64,000 nucleotides of DNA from NCBI GenBank assembly GCA_036488725.1, contig DASXHD010000111.1, positions 16,760-80,759 on the forward strand. The letters are read 5' to 3'. A model generated the notes under the pieces. It had not been told where the DNA came from and ran no database searches. It saw only the letters and a list, made by a program, of their open reading frames with translations. A program made the translations under genes and the position numbers. Positions 22,273-31,016 of this stretch are shown here, piece by piece. The DNA comes from Polyangiaceae bacterium. Lineage in GTDB: Bacteria; Myxococcota_A; Polyangia; Polyangiales; Polyangiaceae. Each line of letters opens with the position of its first letter. Position 1 is the first letter of the stretch.

Positions 22273-22827
22273 ATGGAGACCGACGAGCGGCGCGCGCAGC
22301 TCCTCGCGCTCGGGCTCTCGGTTTTTTCGTCGCGCGCGTACGACGAGGTCGCGATGGATGACGTCGCGCACGCGGCCGGAATTTCGAAGGGGCTCGTCTA
22401 TCACTACTTTCCGACCAAGCGTCATTTCTACGTCGCGGTGCTTCGCGAGGCCGCGCGGCAGCTCCTCGCCGAGACCGAGCCGGATCCGTCGGCGCCACCG
22501 GAAGAGCGATTGCGACGCGGGTTGTCGGCGTATCTCGCGTTCGTCGAGAAACACGCGCGGGCGTACGGCGCGCTCATGCGCGGCGGCGTCGGCGTCGACA
22601 AGCAAGTGAGCGCGGTCATCGAGAAGACGCGCGCCGAGTTCGTCGAGCGATTTTTTTCGGCGCCGGAGCTGCGCCCGGTGCTCACGCCGCGTCTGCGGCT
22701 CGCGGTGCGAGGGTGGATCGGTTTCGTCGAGGCGACCGCGCTCGAGTGGCTCGAGCGACGCGAGCTCTCGCGCGAAGAGCTGCTCGATTTGTGGACGCGC
22801 GTGCTCTTCGTCAGTTCGAGCCCATGA
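22273..22827 (+). CDS. TetR/AcrR family transcriptional regulator
   Basis: N-terminal HTH (AYDEVAMDDVAHAAGISKGLVYHYFPTKRHFY) typical of TetR. Alternative GTG start at 22255. Confidence 0.85.
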   Translation: METDERRAQLLALGLSVFSSRAYDEVAMDDVAHAAGISKGLVYHYFPTKRHFYVAVLREAARQLLAETEPDPSAPPEERLRRGLSAYLAFVEKHARAYGALMRGGVGVDKQVSAVIEKTRAEFVERFFSAPELRPVLTPRLRLAVRGWIGFVEATALEWLERRELSREELLDLWTRVLFVSSSP

Positions 22828-23968
22828 CGCCGTGCCACGGGTGAAGCGCAGCGACGAGCGCCGCGCCGGCGAGGAGGAGGATGACGAAGAGCGCCGCGGC
22901 CGAGACGATCCACGGCGTCACCGAGCGCGCGCGTCGCGGCGCCGGCATCGCTTGCATCGGGATCGTCGGCGCGACGGCCGCGTAGGAGACGCGCTGCGTC
23001 CGCGGCATCGGAGCGGTGGTCCCGCCGTCGAACGGTGCGGCCATCGAGAGCGTCTTCGGGGGCTCGACCTCCGTGGGCGTGCGCAGCGTGACGACGGGCT
23101 CGACCTCGAGCGGCGTCGGCAGCGCGAAGGGCGCGAGCGCGTGCGCCATCTCGTCAGCCGACGCGAAGCGATCCGACGGACGCTTGGCGAGCGCGCGATC
23201 GACGATGCGCGAGAGCTCTTCGCCGACCTCGGGTCGCAGCGAAACGAGCGGGACGGGCCGGTCGTTCAAGATGCCGCGGAGGAGCGCCGCGGTCGTCGCG
23301 CCGTCGAACGGTTTTTTTCCGGCGAGCGCGAGGTACATCACCGCCGCGAGCGAGTAGAGATCCGCGCGGCCGTCGATCGGATCGCCGAGCGCTTGCTCCG
23401 GGGACATGTACGCGAGCGTGCCGACGACGAGACCTTGGCGCGTGAGCTTCTGCGCCGCCGCGTCGTCGCCGAGGAGCTTCGCGACGCCGAAATCGAGCAC
23501 TTTGACGATGTCGGCTTGAACGCTCGTGCGCTCGAGAAAAATGTTGTCGGGCTTCACGTCGCGGTGAACGACGTTCGCGCGGTGCGCGGCCTCGAGCGCC
23601 GAGAGCGCTTGCACCGCGATGTACGCGACGCGCTCGGGCGGGAGCAGGGTCATGCGCGTGAGCAAGTCGCGCAAGCTCTCGCCGTGAAGCAGCTCCATCA
23701 CCAAGAAGGGCGGCTCGCCTTCGTTCAGCTGAAAATCGCTGATTTGGACGACGTTCGGGTGCCCGAGCCGCGCGACGACGTGCGCCTCGCGACGGAAGCG
23801 ACCGCGGAGCTCCTCGTCGGCGGCGAGGTGCGGGTGCAAAACTTTGAGCGCGACCGCGCGCGCGAGATCTTCCTGAACGCCTTCGTAGACCGCGCCCATC
23901 CCGCCGGTGCCGAGCTTTCGCCCGACACGATAGCGCCCGCCGAGGAGGCTGCCCGTGAGCACGGTCAT
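22811..23968 (-). CDS. membrane-anchored Ser/Thr protein kinase
   Basis: Hanks kinase subdomains (GTGGMGAVY, ALKVL, HRDVKPDNIFL, DFGVAK, GTLAYMSPE). C-terminal TM helix WIVSAAALFVILLLAGAALVAAL. ATG at 23968 overlaps the GH31 stop (ATGA). Confidence 0.9.
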   Translation of the reverse strand: MTVLTGSLLGGRYRVGRKLGTGGMGAVYEGVQEDLARAVALKVLHPHLAADEELRGRFRREAHVVARLGHPNVVQISDFQLNEGEPPFLVMELLHGESLRDLLTRMTLLPPERVAYIAVQALSALEAAHRANVVHRDVKPDNIFLERTSVQADIVKVLDFGVAKLLGDDAAAQKLTRQGLVVGTLAYMSPEQALGDPIDGRADLYSLAAVMYLALAGKKPFDGATTAALLRGILNDRPVPLVSLRPEVGEELSRIVDRALAKRPSDRFASADEMAHALAPFALPTPLEVEPVVTLRTPTEVEPPKTLSMAAPFDGGTTAPMPRTQRVSYAAVAPTIPMQAMPAPRRARSVTPWIVSAAALFVILLLAGAALVAALHPWHGVMGSN

Positions 23969-26352
23969 TGGATGACTGCGGTCTGCGCGCCTGCGAGGCG
24001 CAAGACGATCGAGTCGCCGTCGAGGAAATATGCGCTGCCGGTCGCCGCCCGCACCGCGGCTTCGCTCCCGAGTGACGGGAGCTCGGTCGTGCCCGAGAGG
24101 ACGTGCTGGAGCGGCGTCGTCTTGCCGGTCCGCGATTTCAAATCGAGCGTGCACACGATCGCCTGACCGAACGAGCCCGGAAGAAACGTGACGCTCACGC
24201 CTTCTGCGCCGTCGTCGATCGCGATCGACGAGCCGTCGTCGAACGACGCGCTCGCGGGGCCGCTCGGCCAGCCGCGCGCTTCGAGCGTCGGGCGCTCGGA
24301 CGACGTCACGACCGCGGGCGCGGTCGCGTCGCTGAGCGAGACGACGTCGGCGGCGAGCATCGGCACGATCGAGCCGACGCGCCCGAAGAGAATCGGCGTG
24401 CCGAGCGGCGCGGCCCAAGTCTGATCGCTCGGCCCGTGCACGACCGTATTCGAGGCGAAGCTCGCCCACGCGCCGGGCGGAAAATGCACGCTGCGATCGG
24501 TCGCGCCCTCGGTCACGACCGGCGCGACGAACAAATCCGGACCGAGGAGGTACTCGTCATCGGCGACGGCGACCGCACCCGGGTCGCTCGGAAACGCGAG
24601 CGGAAGCGGCCGAATCGTAGGCGTCCCCACGGTCTCGGCTTGCCTCACGACCGACGAGAGGTACGGCTCGAGCTGGGTGTGGAGCATGGCGAGGTTGCGA
24701 TAGAGAGACACGGTCTCATCGTCGTACGCCCAAGGTGCGTGAGTATCCCCTCCGCCGCCGAGCTGCATGATGATCGAGAGCGCGGTGTGCTCGGACCATC
24801 GAATGAGCGCTTCTTTCGTCGGCGCATTGTGTCGAAAGCCGCCGGTGTCGGAGCCGAAGCTCGGAAAGCCGCTCACCGCGAGGGTTTGAGCTGCAACGAC
24901 CGCAGACGGCAAACCGCCGACGAGGAGCGTGCCGTTTCCGGCGTCGTCGCCGTATTTCGAGAAGTCACTGTCGAGATCGCCCGGCCAAATCGCGTCGGCG
25001 ACCGACGCGCCGCCGAAGCTCGACGCGCGCACGAGCAAAAATCCGTCTTTGCGCGCGGCGTCGAGGGCTTGGTGATAAGCGGCGTGATAGCCGAGCGGGT
25101 AGCTTCGCGCGGTGCGATCGGTTTCGCCGTCGGCGTAGACGACGCCGAGACGCGCGTTGAAGAACGACGGCACGACGTCCTCGCCGTAATCGAGCTTGAA
25201 TCCGCTCGCGCCGAGCGCGACCGCGCGCGAAGCGAGGCCCGCCCAAAAATCGCGCCCGGCGCTCGTCGTGAAATCGATCATCCCGAATTGGAGATTTTCG
25301 TCCGAGCCGGGCGCGGCGAGGATCGATCCGTCGAACAAATGCACGAGCACGTTCGGCTGCGCGGCGGCCTGCGCGTAGAGCTCGCGCGCTTCGTCGTCGG
25401 GTCCGGTGCCCGGCTTTTCGAGATACGGCTCCGACCAGAAGAGGACGCGGTAACCGAGCGCCGCGAGCTCGCCCATCAAGCCCGGCGGATCCGGAAAGCG
25501 CGCCGGATCGGGGACGAACGTGTCGTAAGAAGTCTGCCAGGGATTGTCGATCCAGATCGTCGTCGTCGGGATGTGGAGGTTCCGCATCATGACGGCGTCG
25601 TCGATCATCTGCGCTTGGCTGTCCCAAGTGTTGCGCCAGTAGAACGGGCCGAGCGCCCAACGCGGGAGGACCCGGGGCAAGCCGACGTGTTGCGTGTATT
25701 CTGCAACGACTTGAAGCGGGTCGCGCGCGAAGAAAAACCAGACGCTCTCGGCCTTGCCCTCGAACGTCGCGGTGACTTTGCCGGCGTCGGTGGACGCGAC
25801 GTCGAACGCGCCCGACTCGCGGCTCTCGACGAAGACGCCGTAGCCCTTCGACGAGACGAGGAGCGGAACGGGGACGTGCGCGTCGTTGGTCGCCGACTCG
25901 AACTTCGCGTCGATCTCGAGCTGCATCGGAACGATTTGTCCGCGCGCCGAGACGTGACCGAAGCGTTCGCCGAGTCCGGTGTAGAAGCCATCGTCGCTCG
26001 TGAGCGAGACGCGGACGAGCGCGGTGGGCGAGCCGTCGTCGTGCGTCGTCACGTGGAGCACGCCGGGCGCGGGGCTCTCGACGTCGACCGCGCGCGGGTC
26101 GATCGACTTGAACGTGTACGTCGCCTTCGCGGGATCGTGCCACTCGTCGGGCGAGTCGGGGTCGAGCGAACGCGAGAGCAAGCTCGGCGAGACGAGCAGC
26201 GGCGCGCCGTCGCGCGTGACCGTCAGCGAGCCGTCGCCGCCGAACGTCGCGTTCGTTCCGTCGCCGAGGTCGAACGTCCGCGCCGGCGGAGGAACTTGGT
26301 TCGACTCGCAAAAGCAGAAAAAAAGCAGAGGCGCGAAATACAGAGCGCGCAT
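23965..26352 (-). CDS. secreted glycoside hydrolase family 31 (alpha-glucosidase/alpha-xylosidase-like)
   Basis: Signal peptide MRALYFAPLLFFCFC. GH31 catalytic region motifs (IWIDNPWQ, GFKLDYGE, SFGSDTGGF). 795 aa. Confidence 0.8.
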   Translation of the reverse strand: MRALYFAPLLFFCFCESNQVPPPARTFDLGDGTNATFGGDGSLTVTRDGAPLLVSPSLLSRSLDPDSPDEWHDPAKATYTFKSIDPRAVDVESPAPGVLHVTTHDDGSPTALVRVSLTSDDGFYTGLGERFGHVSARGQIVPMQLEIDAKFESATNDAHVPVPLLVSSKGYGVFVESRESGAFDVASTDAGKVTATFEGKAESVWFFFARDPLQVVAEYTQHVGLPRVLPRWALGPFYWRNTWDSQAQMIDDAVMMRNLHIPTTTIWIDNPWQTSYDTFVPDPARFPDPPGLMGELAALGYRVLFWSEPYLEKPGTGPDDEARELYAQAAAQPNVLVHLFDGSILAAPGSDENLQFGMIDFTTSAGRDFWAGLASRAVALGASGFKLDYGEDVVPSFFNARLGVVYADGETDRTARSYPLGYHAAYHQALDAARKDGFLLVRASSFGGASVADAIWPGDLDSDFSKYGDDAGNGTLLVGGLPSAVVAAQTLAVSGFPSFGSDTGGFRHNAPTKEALIRWSEHTALSIIMQLGGGGDTHAPWAYDDETVSLYRNLAMLHTQLEPYLSSVVRQAETVGTPTIRPLPLAFPSDPGAVAVADDEYLLGPDLFVAPVVTEGATDRSVHFPPGAWASFASNTVVHGPSDQTWAAPLGTPILFGRVGSIVPMLAADVVSLSDATAPAVVTSSERPTLEARGWPSGPASASFDDGSSIAIDDGAEGVSVTFLPGSFGQAIVCTLDLKSRTGKTTPLQHVLSGTTELPSLGSEAAVRAATGSAYFLDGDSIVLRLAGAQTAVIQ

Positions 26353-26456
26353 GACGTGATCCTAGACCGGAAATTTGGCCGGGCCTCGTCGAATGCGATA
26401 GCGGATGAGCATCATCGGCGGCTGTCGCGTTTTCGGCGCCGCCAAGGAGTAGGTCC

Positions 26457-26870
26457 ATGCGTCTCGCCGCGCTCGGGGTCGTTTTGTCCGTTGCCATGCT
26501 CGCGTCCGCCAAGACCGCGGACGCCGGGAGCCGGCATCTCTCGCTCGGCGAAATCGCGGTGCTCCCGAGCGGCGCGGCCGAGCTCGCTCCCGAGCTCAAA
26601 GCCGATCTCGACGCCGAGATGCGCGCGCTCGATCTTCGCGCGGCGCGCCGGGACGCGATTTTGTCGGTGTCGCTCGTTCGCATGGACGCGGCGCGCGATC
26701 ACGCCGAGTGCGTCGTCTCGGCGACGCTTCGCTCGCGCGACGGCGGCGTGCTCTTCGCGATGCTCGAGGGTCACGCGCGCGCGCAAGGCGGCAGCGGCCA
26801 CGTCCCCGAAAGCGCGCTCCGCGGTGCAGTCCACGGCGCCCTCTCCCGCATCCCCGAGGCGCTGCGTTAG
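26457..26870 (+). CDS. secreted hypothetical protein
   Basis: AAGGAG Shine-Dalgarno sequence 8 nt upstream. Signal peptide MRLAALGVVLSVAMLASAKTADA. Confidence 0.5.
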   Translation: MRLAALGVVLSVAMLASAKTADAGSRHLSLGEIAVLPSGAAELAPELKADLDAEMRALDLRAARRDAILSVSLVRMDAARDHAECVVSATLRSRDGGVLFAMLEGHARAQGGSGHVPESALRGAVHGALSRIPEALR

Positions 26871-27799
26871 GGGTAGTCGGCCGGGGTGCGGGCGCCGATT
26901 TCGAGGTACTTCGTCGCCGACGCGTCCGGGTTGAAGTACTCGTTGAAGACGCCGGTGACCGACGAGAACTTGGTCTTCACGCCGGCCTCGAGGCCTTCGA
27001 ACGCGCCGCCGTCCATGTAGTACGGGCTCAGGCTGATGATCTCGCCGCCGGTCACGCCGCCGTCGAAGAACGTGTTGCCGAGGCCGAACGTTTGATCCGG
27101 CTGCTTGGGCGTGCCGGTGACGTTTGCAATCTGCATCAAAAGCGGCCCGTAAATCTGCTCGTATGCGGCGAGTGAATTGATGTCCGTCAGCGCGACGCCT
27201 TGAATCGGCGTCGGCGTGCCGCTGCCGATTTTGAGCGCGCAGCCGGGCTCGAGGAGATCGACGTGGACGATGAGCTCGTTTTGGCCGCCTTCGCTCTCGC
27301 GATAGGCCCACGCCATCGCGTTGACTTGGTCGCCGACGGCGAGCGACGCGAAGTACTTCGCCGTCGAGCTCGTGATCCACGCGCGCACCGCGTGCTGCGC
27401 GCCTGCTTCGAGCGACGCGTAGGTGAGGTCTTGCTGCAAGATGAGCTCGCACGCGACGCCGTCGACGCATGCGCCCTTCGAGAGGGCCGTGACGTAGACG
27501 CCGGGCAGCCAGACTTGCGTCGGCGTCGTCGGGTCGTCGCTCCAGATTTGGTCGATGGTCTTCGTCGGGACGCCTTGCGGCTGCGACGTGCAGTCCGGCC
27601 ATTCGAAGCCGGGCGCGTCGGTCTTCGCGGCGTCGAAGGGCGCGTCCTTCGCCGCGTCGGCCGGTTGGGTGAAGACATCGGCGGTCGTCACGTCGGGGCC
27701 GGCGTCTCCGAGACCGCCGTTGCCGTTGGCGCCGCAACCGGCGGCCACGGCAGCGCCTTCCGCGCAAACCAAGAAAAGAGCCAAGAACCCCTTTTTCAT
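26867..27799 (-). CDS. hypothetical lipoprotein
   Basis: ATG 27799 (MKKGFLALFLVCAEGAAVAAGCG, signal plus lipobox). Composition of the remaining 310 aa is coherent and not R-rich. The upstream 377 codons of ORF 26867..28930 are rejected as R-rich. Confidence 0.6.
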   Translation of the reverse strand: MKKGFLALFLVCAEGAAVAAGCGANGNGGLGDAGPDVTTADVFTQPADAAKDAPFDAAKTDAPGFEWPDCTSQPQGVPTKTIDQIWSDDPTTPTQVWLPGVYVTALSKGACVDGVACELILQQDLTYASLEAGAQHAVRAWITSSTAKYFASLAVGDQVNAMAWAYRESEGGQNELIVHVDLLEPGCALKIGSGTPTPIQGVALTDINSLAAYEQIYGPLLMQIANVTGTPKQPDQTFGLGNTFFDGGVTGGEIISLSPYYMDGGAFEGLEAGVKTKFSSVTGVFNEYFNPDASATKYLEIGARTPADYP

Positions 27800-27862
27800 C
27801 GCGCGCCCATCTAGCACAGGCAGGCTTGCTGGGCACGCGGTCGCGTGAGAGAAAGTTGCGGC

Positions 27863-28966
27863 ATGAAACGCGCTGACTGGCTCCCTTTCGCGCTCCTCTT
27901 CGCGTCTTCGGCCTGCGGCGGCTCCCCGCCCGCGCAGCCGACCACGCCCGCGGTTTCGAGCGCACCGATCGCGTCCGCGACGCCGAGCTCGTCCGCGTCC
28001 GCTGCGACCGCGCCGCCGCCGCCGGCGAAGGACGTCGCGTGCGACGCGATCGCCACCGCGCGCAAAGACGAGAACACGCGACTCAAAGCCATCGCCGACT
28101 CGCAAGATCCGATGTCGCGCATTCAGGGCATGAACGAAGACGTCGTGAACGGTTTCTTTCGTTGCACGAAGACCAAATCGGGCGGCGCGTGGGGCCTCGG
28201 CTTGAGCGACTTGAAGGTCGATCAAACGACGCACGGCGTCTCGGCCGAGCTCGTCGCGATCCACGCGGACGCGAAGGGTCAGATCGCGAAGACGCCGCTC
28301 GCGGGCACCGCGCGCACCAAAGATCGCGCGTTCCAGAGCAACGATTTGGATCACGTCGCGATCGACACGCAGATGGTTTACGACTTCGACGCCGACGGCG
28401 AGGACGAGCTCGTCGCGATCGGTCACGACCAAACGAAAGAGGGCTCGCGCGAGTCGCTCGCGTACATCGTCCAAGCGAAAAACGGCGCCGCGCAGATCTA
28501 TCCGCCGGCGAAGGATCTGCCCATTTTTCGCGTGGAAGACGTCGATCGCGACGGCCGGCCGGATTTCATTTCGTACGGGCCGTACCGCACGTTCGCGCCC
28601 GGCCGTTGCAACGGAGCGCCCGCGCTCTTCAACGGACCGCCGATGCTCATTCACTCGCTCCCCGATGGCACGTTCTCGATGGTCGACGACAAAGCCGTCG
28701 CGTTCGCGAAGCAGCAGTGCGACAAGCCGGGTTTCACGGTCGCGCGCGACGATCAGAAGCGCGTCGATGACGAGCAGACGTTCGTCAACATCGCGTGCGC
28801 GCGCCTCTGGGGCATGTCCGCAGCGGACGCGGCCGCCGCCGTCGCACGAAGCTGCAACGCGATCCGCGGAGAGGCGAGCTGCAAGGAGTCGACGTTGACG
28901 GCGTGTGTGTATCCGGCGGAGATGACTCAATGGGCGAGGGCGAAGCCGCCTTTGAGCATCAAGTGA
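27863..28966 (+). CDS. hypothetical lipoprotein
   Basis: MKRADWLPFALLFASSACGG signal plus lipobox. Ala/Ser/Pro-rich linker, then a globular domain with 6 Cys. Confidence 0.6.
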   Translation: MKRADWLPFALLFASSACGGSPPAQPTTPAVSSAPIASATPSSSASAATAPPPPAKDVACDAIATARKDENTRLKAIADSQDPMSRIQGMNEDVVNGFFRCTKTKSGGAWGLGLSDLKVDQTTHGVSAELVAIHADAKGQIAKTPLAGTARTKDRAFQSNDLDHVAIDTQMVYDFDADGEDELVAIGHDQTKEGSRESLAYIVQAKNGAAQIYPPAKDLPIFRVEDVDRDGRPDFISYGPYRTFAPGRCNGAPALFNGPPMLIHSLPDGTFSMVDDKAVAFAKQQCDKPGFTVARDDQKRVDDEQTFVNIACARLWGMSAADAAAAVARSCNAIRGEASCKESTLTACVYPAEMTQWARAKPPLSIK

Positions 28967-29685
28967 CGACGGTTGCGCTCCACTACGATCTCCACCTCGC
29001 CGAGCATTACTCCTGGCTCTTCGGGGGACTGCCCGAGCGGGTCGCGGAGAATCGCGCGTACTTCGAGTCGATCGGGCTGCGCGGCGCGCGCGCGCTCGAC
29101 GTCGGCGCGGGGAGCGGGTTTCAGTCGATTCCGCTCGCGCGGCTCGGGTTTTCGGTCGTCGCGGTCGACTTGAGCGAGAAGCTCCTCGCCGAGCTTCGCG
29201 CGAGCGCCGGGGACCTGCCGATCGAAACGATGCGCGACGACATCCTCGCGTGCATCGGCGCGATGAGGCGCGAGTCGTTCGACGCGTGCGTTTGCATGGG
29301 CGACACGCTCACGCACCTCCAGAGCTTCGGCGACGTGCAGCGCCTCTTGCGCGAGGCGCATCGGGTGCTCGCGCCCGGCGCGCGCTTCGTGATCGCGATT
29401 CGCGATTACAGCGGCGAGCTCCACGGCGAAGACCGATTCGTTCCGGTGCGCGCCGACGAGAGCACGGTGTTCTCGTGCTTCCTCGAGTACGAAGGCGATC
29501 ACGTGCGCGTCTACGACATCATTCAGGCGCGGAGCGAACGCGGATGGGAGATGCGCGTCTCGTCGTACAAGAAGCTCCGCATCGCGCCCGACTGGCTGGA
29601 AAAACGACTCCGCGAGAGCGGTTTCGAAGTGCTCTCGCGGAGCGTGGTCTCCGGCCTCGTCACGATCGACGCGCGCCGCGCGTGA
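28930..29685 (+). CDS. class I SAM-dependent methyltransferase
   Basis: LDVGAGSGFQSIPLARLGFSVVAVDLS glycine-rich SAM-binding motif I and an acidic post-I loop. Confidence 0.75.
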   Translation: MGEGEAAFEHQVTTVALHYDLHLAEHYSWLFGGLPERVAENRAYFESIGLRGARALDVGAGSGFQSIPLARLGFSVVAVDLSEKLLAELRASAGDLPIETMRDDILACIGAMRRESFDACVCMGDTLTHLQSFGDVQRLLREAHRVLAPGARFVIAIRDYSGELHGEDRFVPVRADESTVFSCFLEYEGDHVRVYDIIQARSERGWEMRVSSYKKLRIAPDWLEKRLRESGFEVLSRSVVSGLVTIDARRA

Positions 29686-30855
29686 TCAGCGCGCGACCAA
29701 GCCGACGGCGTGCGTCGGGAGGCCCGCGAAGTCGTCTTTCTTCGTGAGGCTTCCGTCAGCGGCGACCGCGTAGACGCTGAGCGCAGCGGCGGCGCCGTCG
29801 AGCACGTAGAGGTAGTCGCCTTTGCTCGTCGCCGCGACGTCGACCGGGCCCATGCCGGTCGCGCCGGCGTTGCCGTTTCCGTCGAGGCTGAGCGCGCCGC
29901 TCGTCGCGATGGTGTAGCTCGCGACGTCGTTGCTCTTGGCGTTCGCGACGTAGAGATGCGAGCCGGCGACCGCCGCCCAGCACGCCGACGACTGCGACGA
30001 CGCGACGGCGCTGCTCACCGTCGTCACTTCGCCGCTCGCGCCGAGCGAATACGAGCTCGCGGTGCTCGCGCCGTCGGCGCCGCCTTGCGCCTCCGAGACG
30101 ACGAGCTGTCCGCCCGCGCCGAACGCGAAACCGTACGGCGTCGCGCCCGCCGAAGCGTGCGCGTGGACCGCCCCGGCGACGCCGCTCGTCACGACGAACG
30201 TGTCGATTTGATTCGTGCCCTTCTCGGTGACGACGAGGAGCTTGCCGTCGGGCGAGAACGAAATCTGCGCCGGGCCCGGGCTCGCCGCGCTGAGCGCTTG
30301 GCTCGATCCCGCGAGCGGCGCGAGGCCCGCTTCGACGATCGCGAAGCCCGCGATGTTCGCCGGATGCGTGGCGTCGCCCGCGTCGAGCACGTAGACGTAG
30401 TCGCCGTTCACGGTGACGCTGATCGGATCGACGCCGGCCGCGTCGACCTTCGACATCAGCGTGACGTCGCCATCGGCGTGGACCTCGAGCTCCGAAATCG
30501 AGCTATCGCCGGCGTTCACGACGAAGAGCAGATTCTTGTCGGCCGAAAACGCGAGCGCGCCTTGATCGCCGAGGCTCGCGCCGGTTCCGCGTCCGCCGGT
30601 CGAGACGACGTCGCGCGGTGAGAGCGTGCCGTCCGCCGCGCGATCGAAGACGAAGAGCTGGTTCTCGGTCGGGTCGTTCGATTGCGTGTAGACTGCACCC
30701 ATCGGCGCAGCCCCCGCCTCGTAGCCGGGACCTTGCGGACCTTGCGGGCCCGTGTCGCCCGCCGCGCCCGCAGGGCCTTGCGGTCCGGCGGGACCTGCCG
30801 CACCGCTGCACGCGCCGAGGAAAATCGAAATCATCGCGACGAAGCCTGTTCGCAT
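29686..30855 (-). CDS. lipoprotein with collagen-like Gly-X-Y repeat and lactonase-type 7-bladed beta-propeller
   Basis: MRTGFVAMISIFLGACSG lipobox signal. GPAGPQGPAGAAGDTGPQGPQGPG (8 GXY triplets). Then repeated blade motifs (LFVFDRAADGTL, LLFVVNAGDSSISELEV, DYVYVLDAGD, LLVVTEKGTNQIDTFVV, HLYVANAKSNDVASY, DYLYVLDGAAAALSVY) typical of PF10282 lactonase-family propellers. Confidence 0.7.
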   Translation of the reverse strand: MRTGFVAMISIFLGACSGAAGPAGPQGPAGAAGDTGPQGPQGPGYEAGAAPMGAVYTQSNDPTENQLFVFDRAADGTLSPRDVVSTGGRGTGASLGDQGALAFSADKNLLFVVNAGDSSISELEVHADGDVTLMSKVDAAGVDPISVTVNGDYVYVLDAGDATHPANIAGFAIVEAGLAPLAGSSQALSAASPGPAQISFSPDGKLLVVTEKGTNQIDTFVVTSGVAGAVHAHASAGATPYGFAFGAGGQLVVSEAQGGADGASTASSYSLGASGEVTTVSSAVASSQSSACWAAVAGSHLYVANAKSNDVASYTIATSGALSLDGNGNAGATGMGPVDVAATSKGDYLYVLDGAAAALSVYAVAADGSLTKKDDFAGLPTHAVGLVAR

Positions 30856-31016
30856 AAGTACCTCCGTTGTGGTGGTGCGAGTACGCGTCGCAAAAAAATC
30901 CGTTTCGCGTCGATCGAAAAAAGATCGATCCGCGCGCCGTTTCGGCGCGTACGCGCGCCTCCTCTTCGGCGCATCGCGGATTTCCGCGCGGCATGCGCGC
31001 TGCAACGTCACGGCGC

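Noticed and set aside
24103-26934. 943-aa plus-strand ORF
   Set aside because: Antisense to the GH31 gene with Arg-rich composition. The real secreted gene begins only at 26457, where a Shine-Dalgarno sequence and signal peptide appear.
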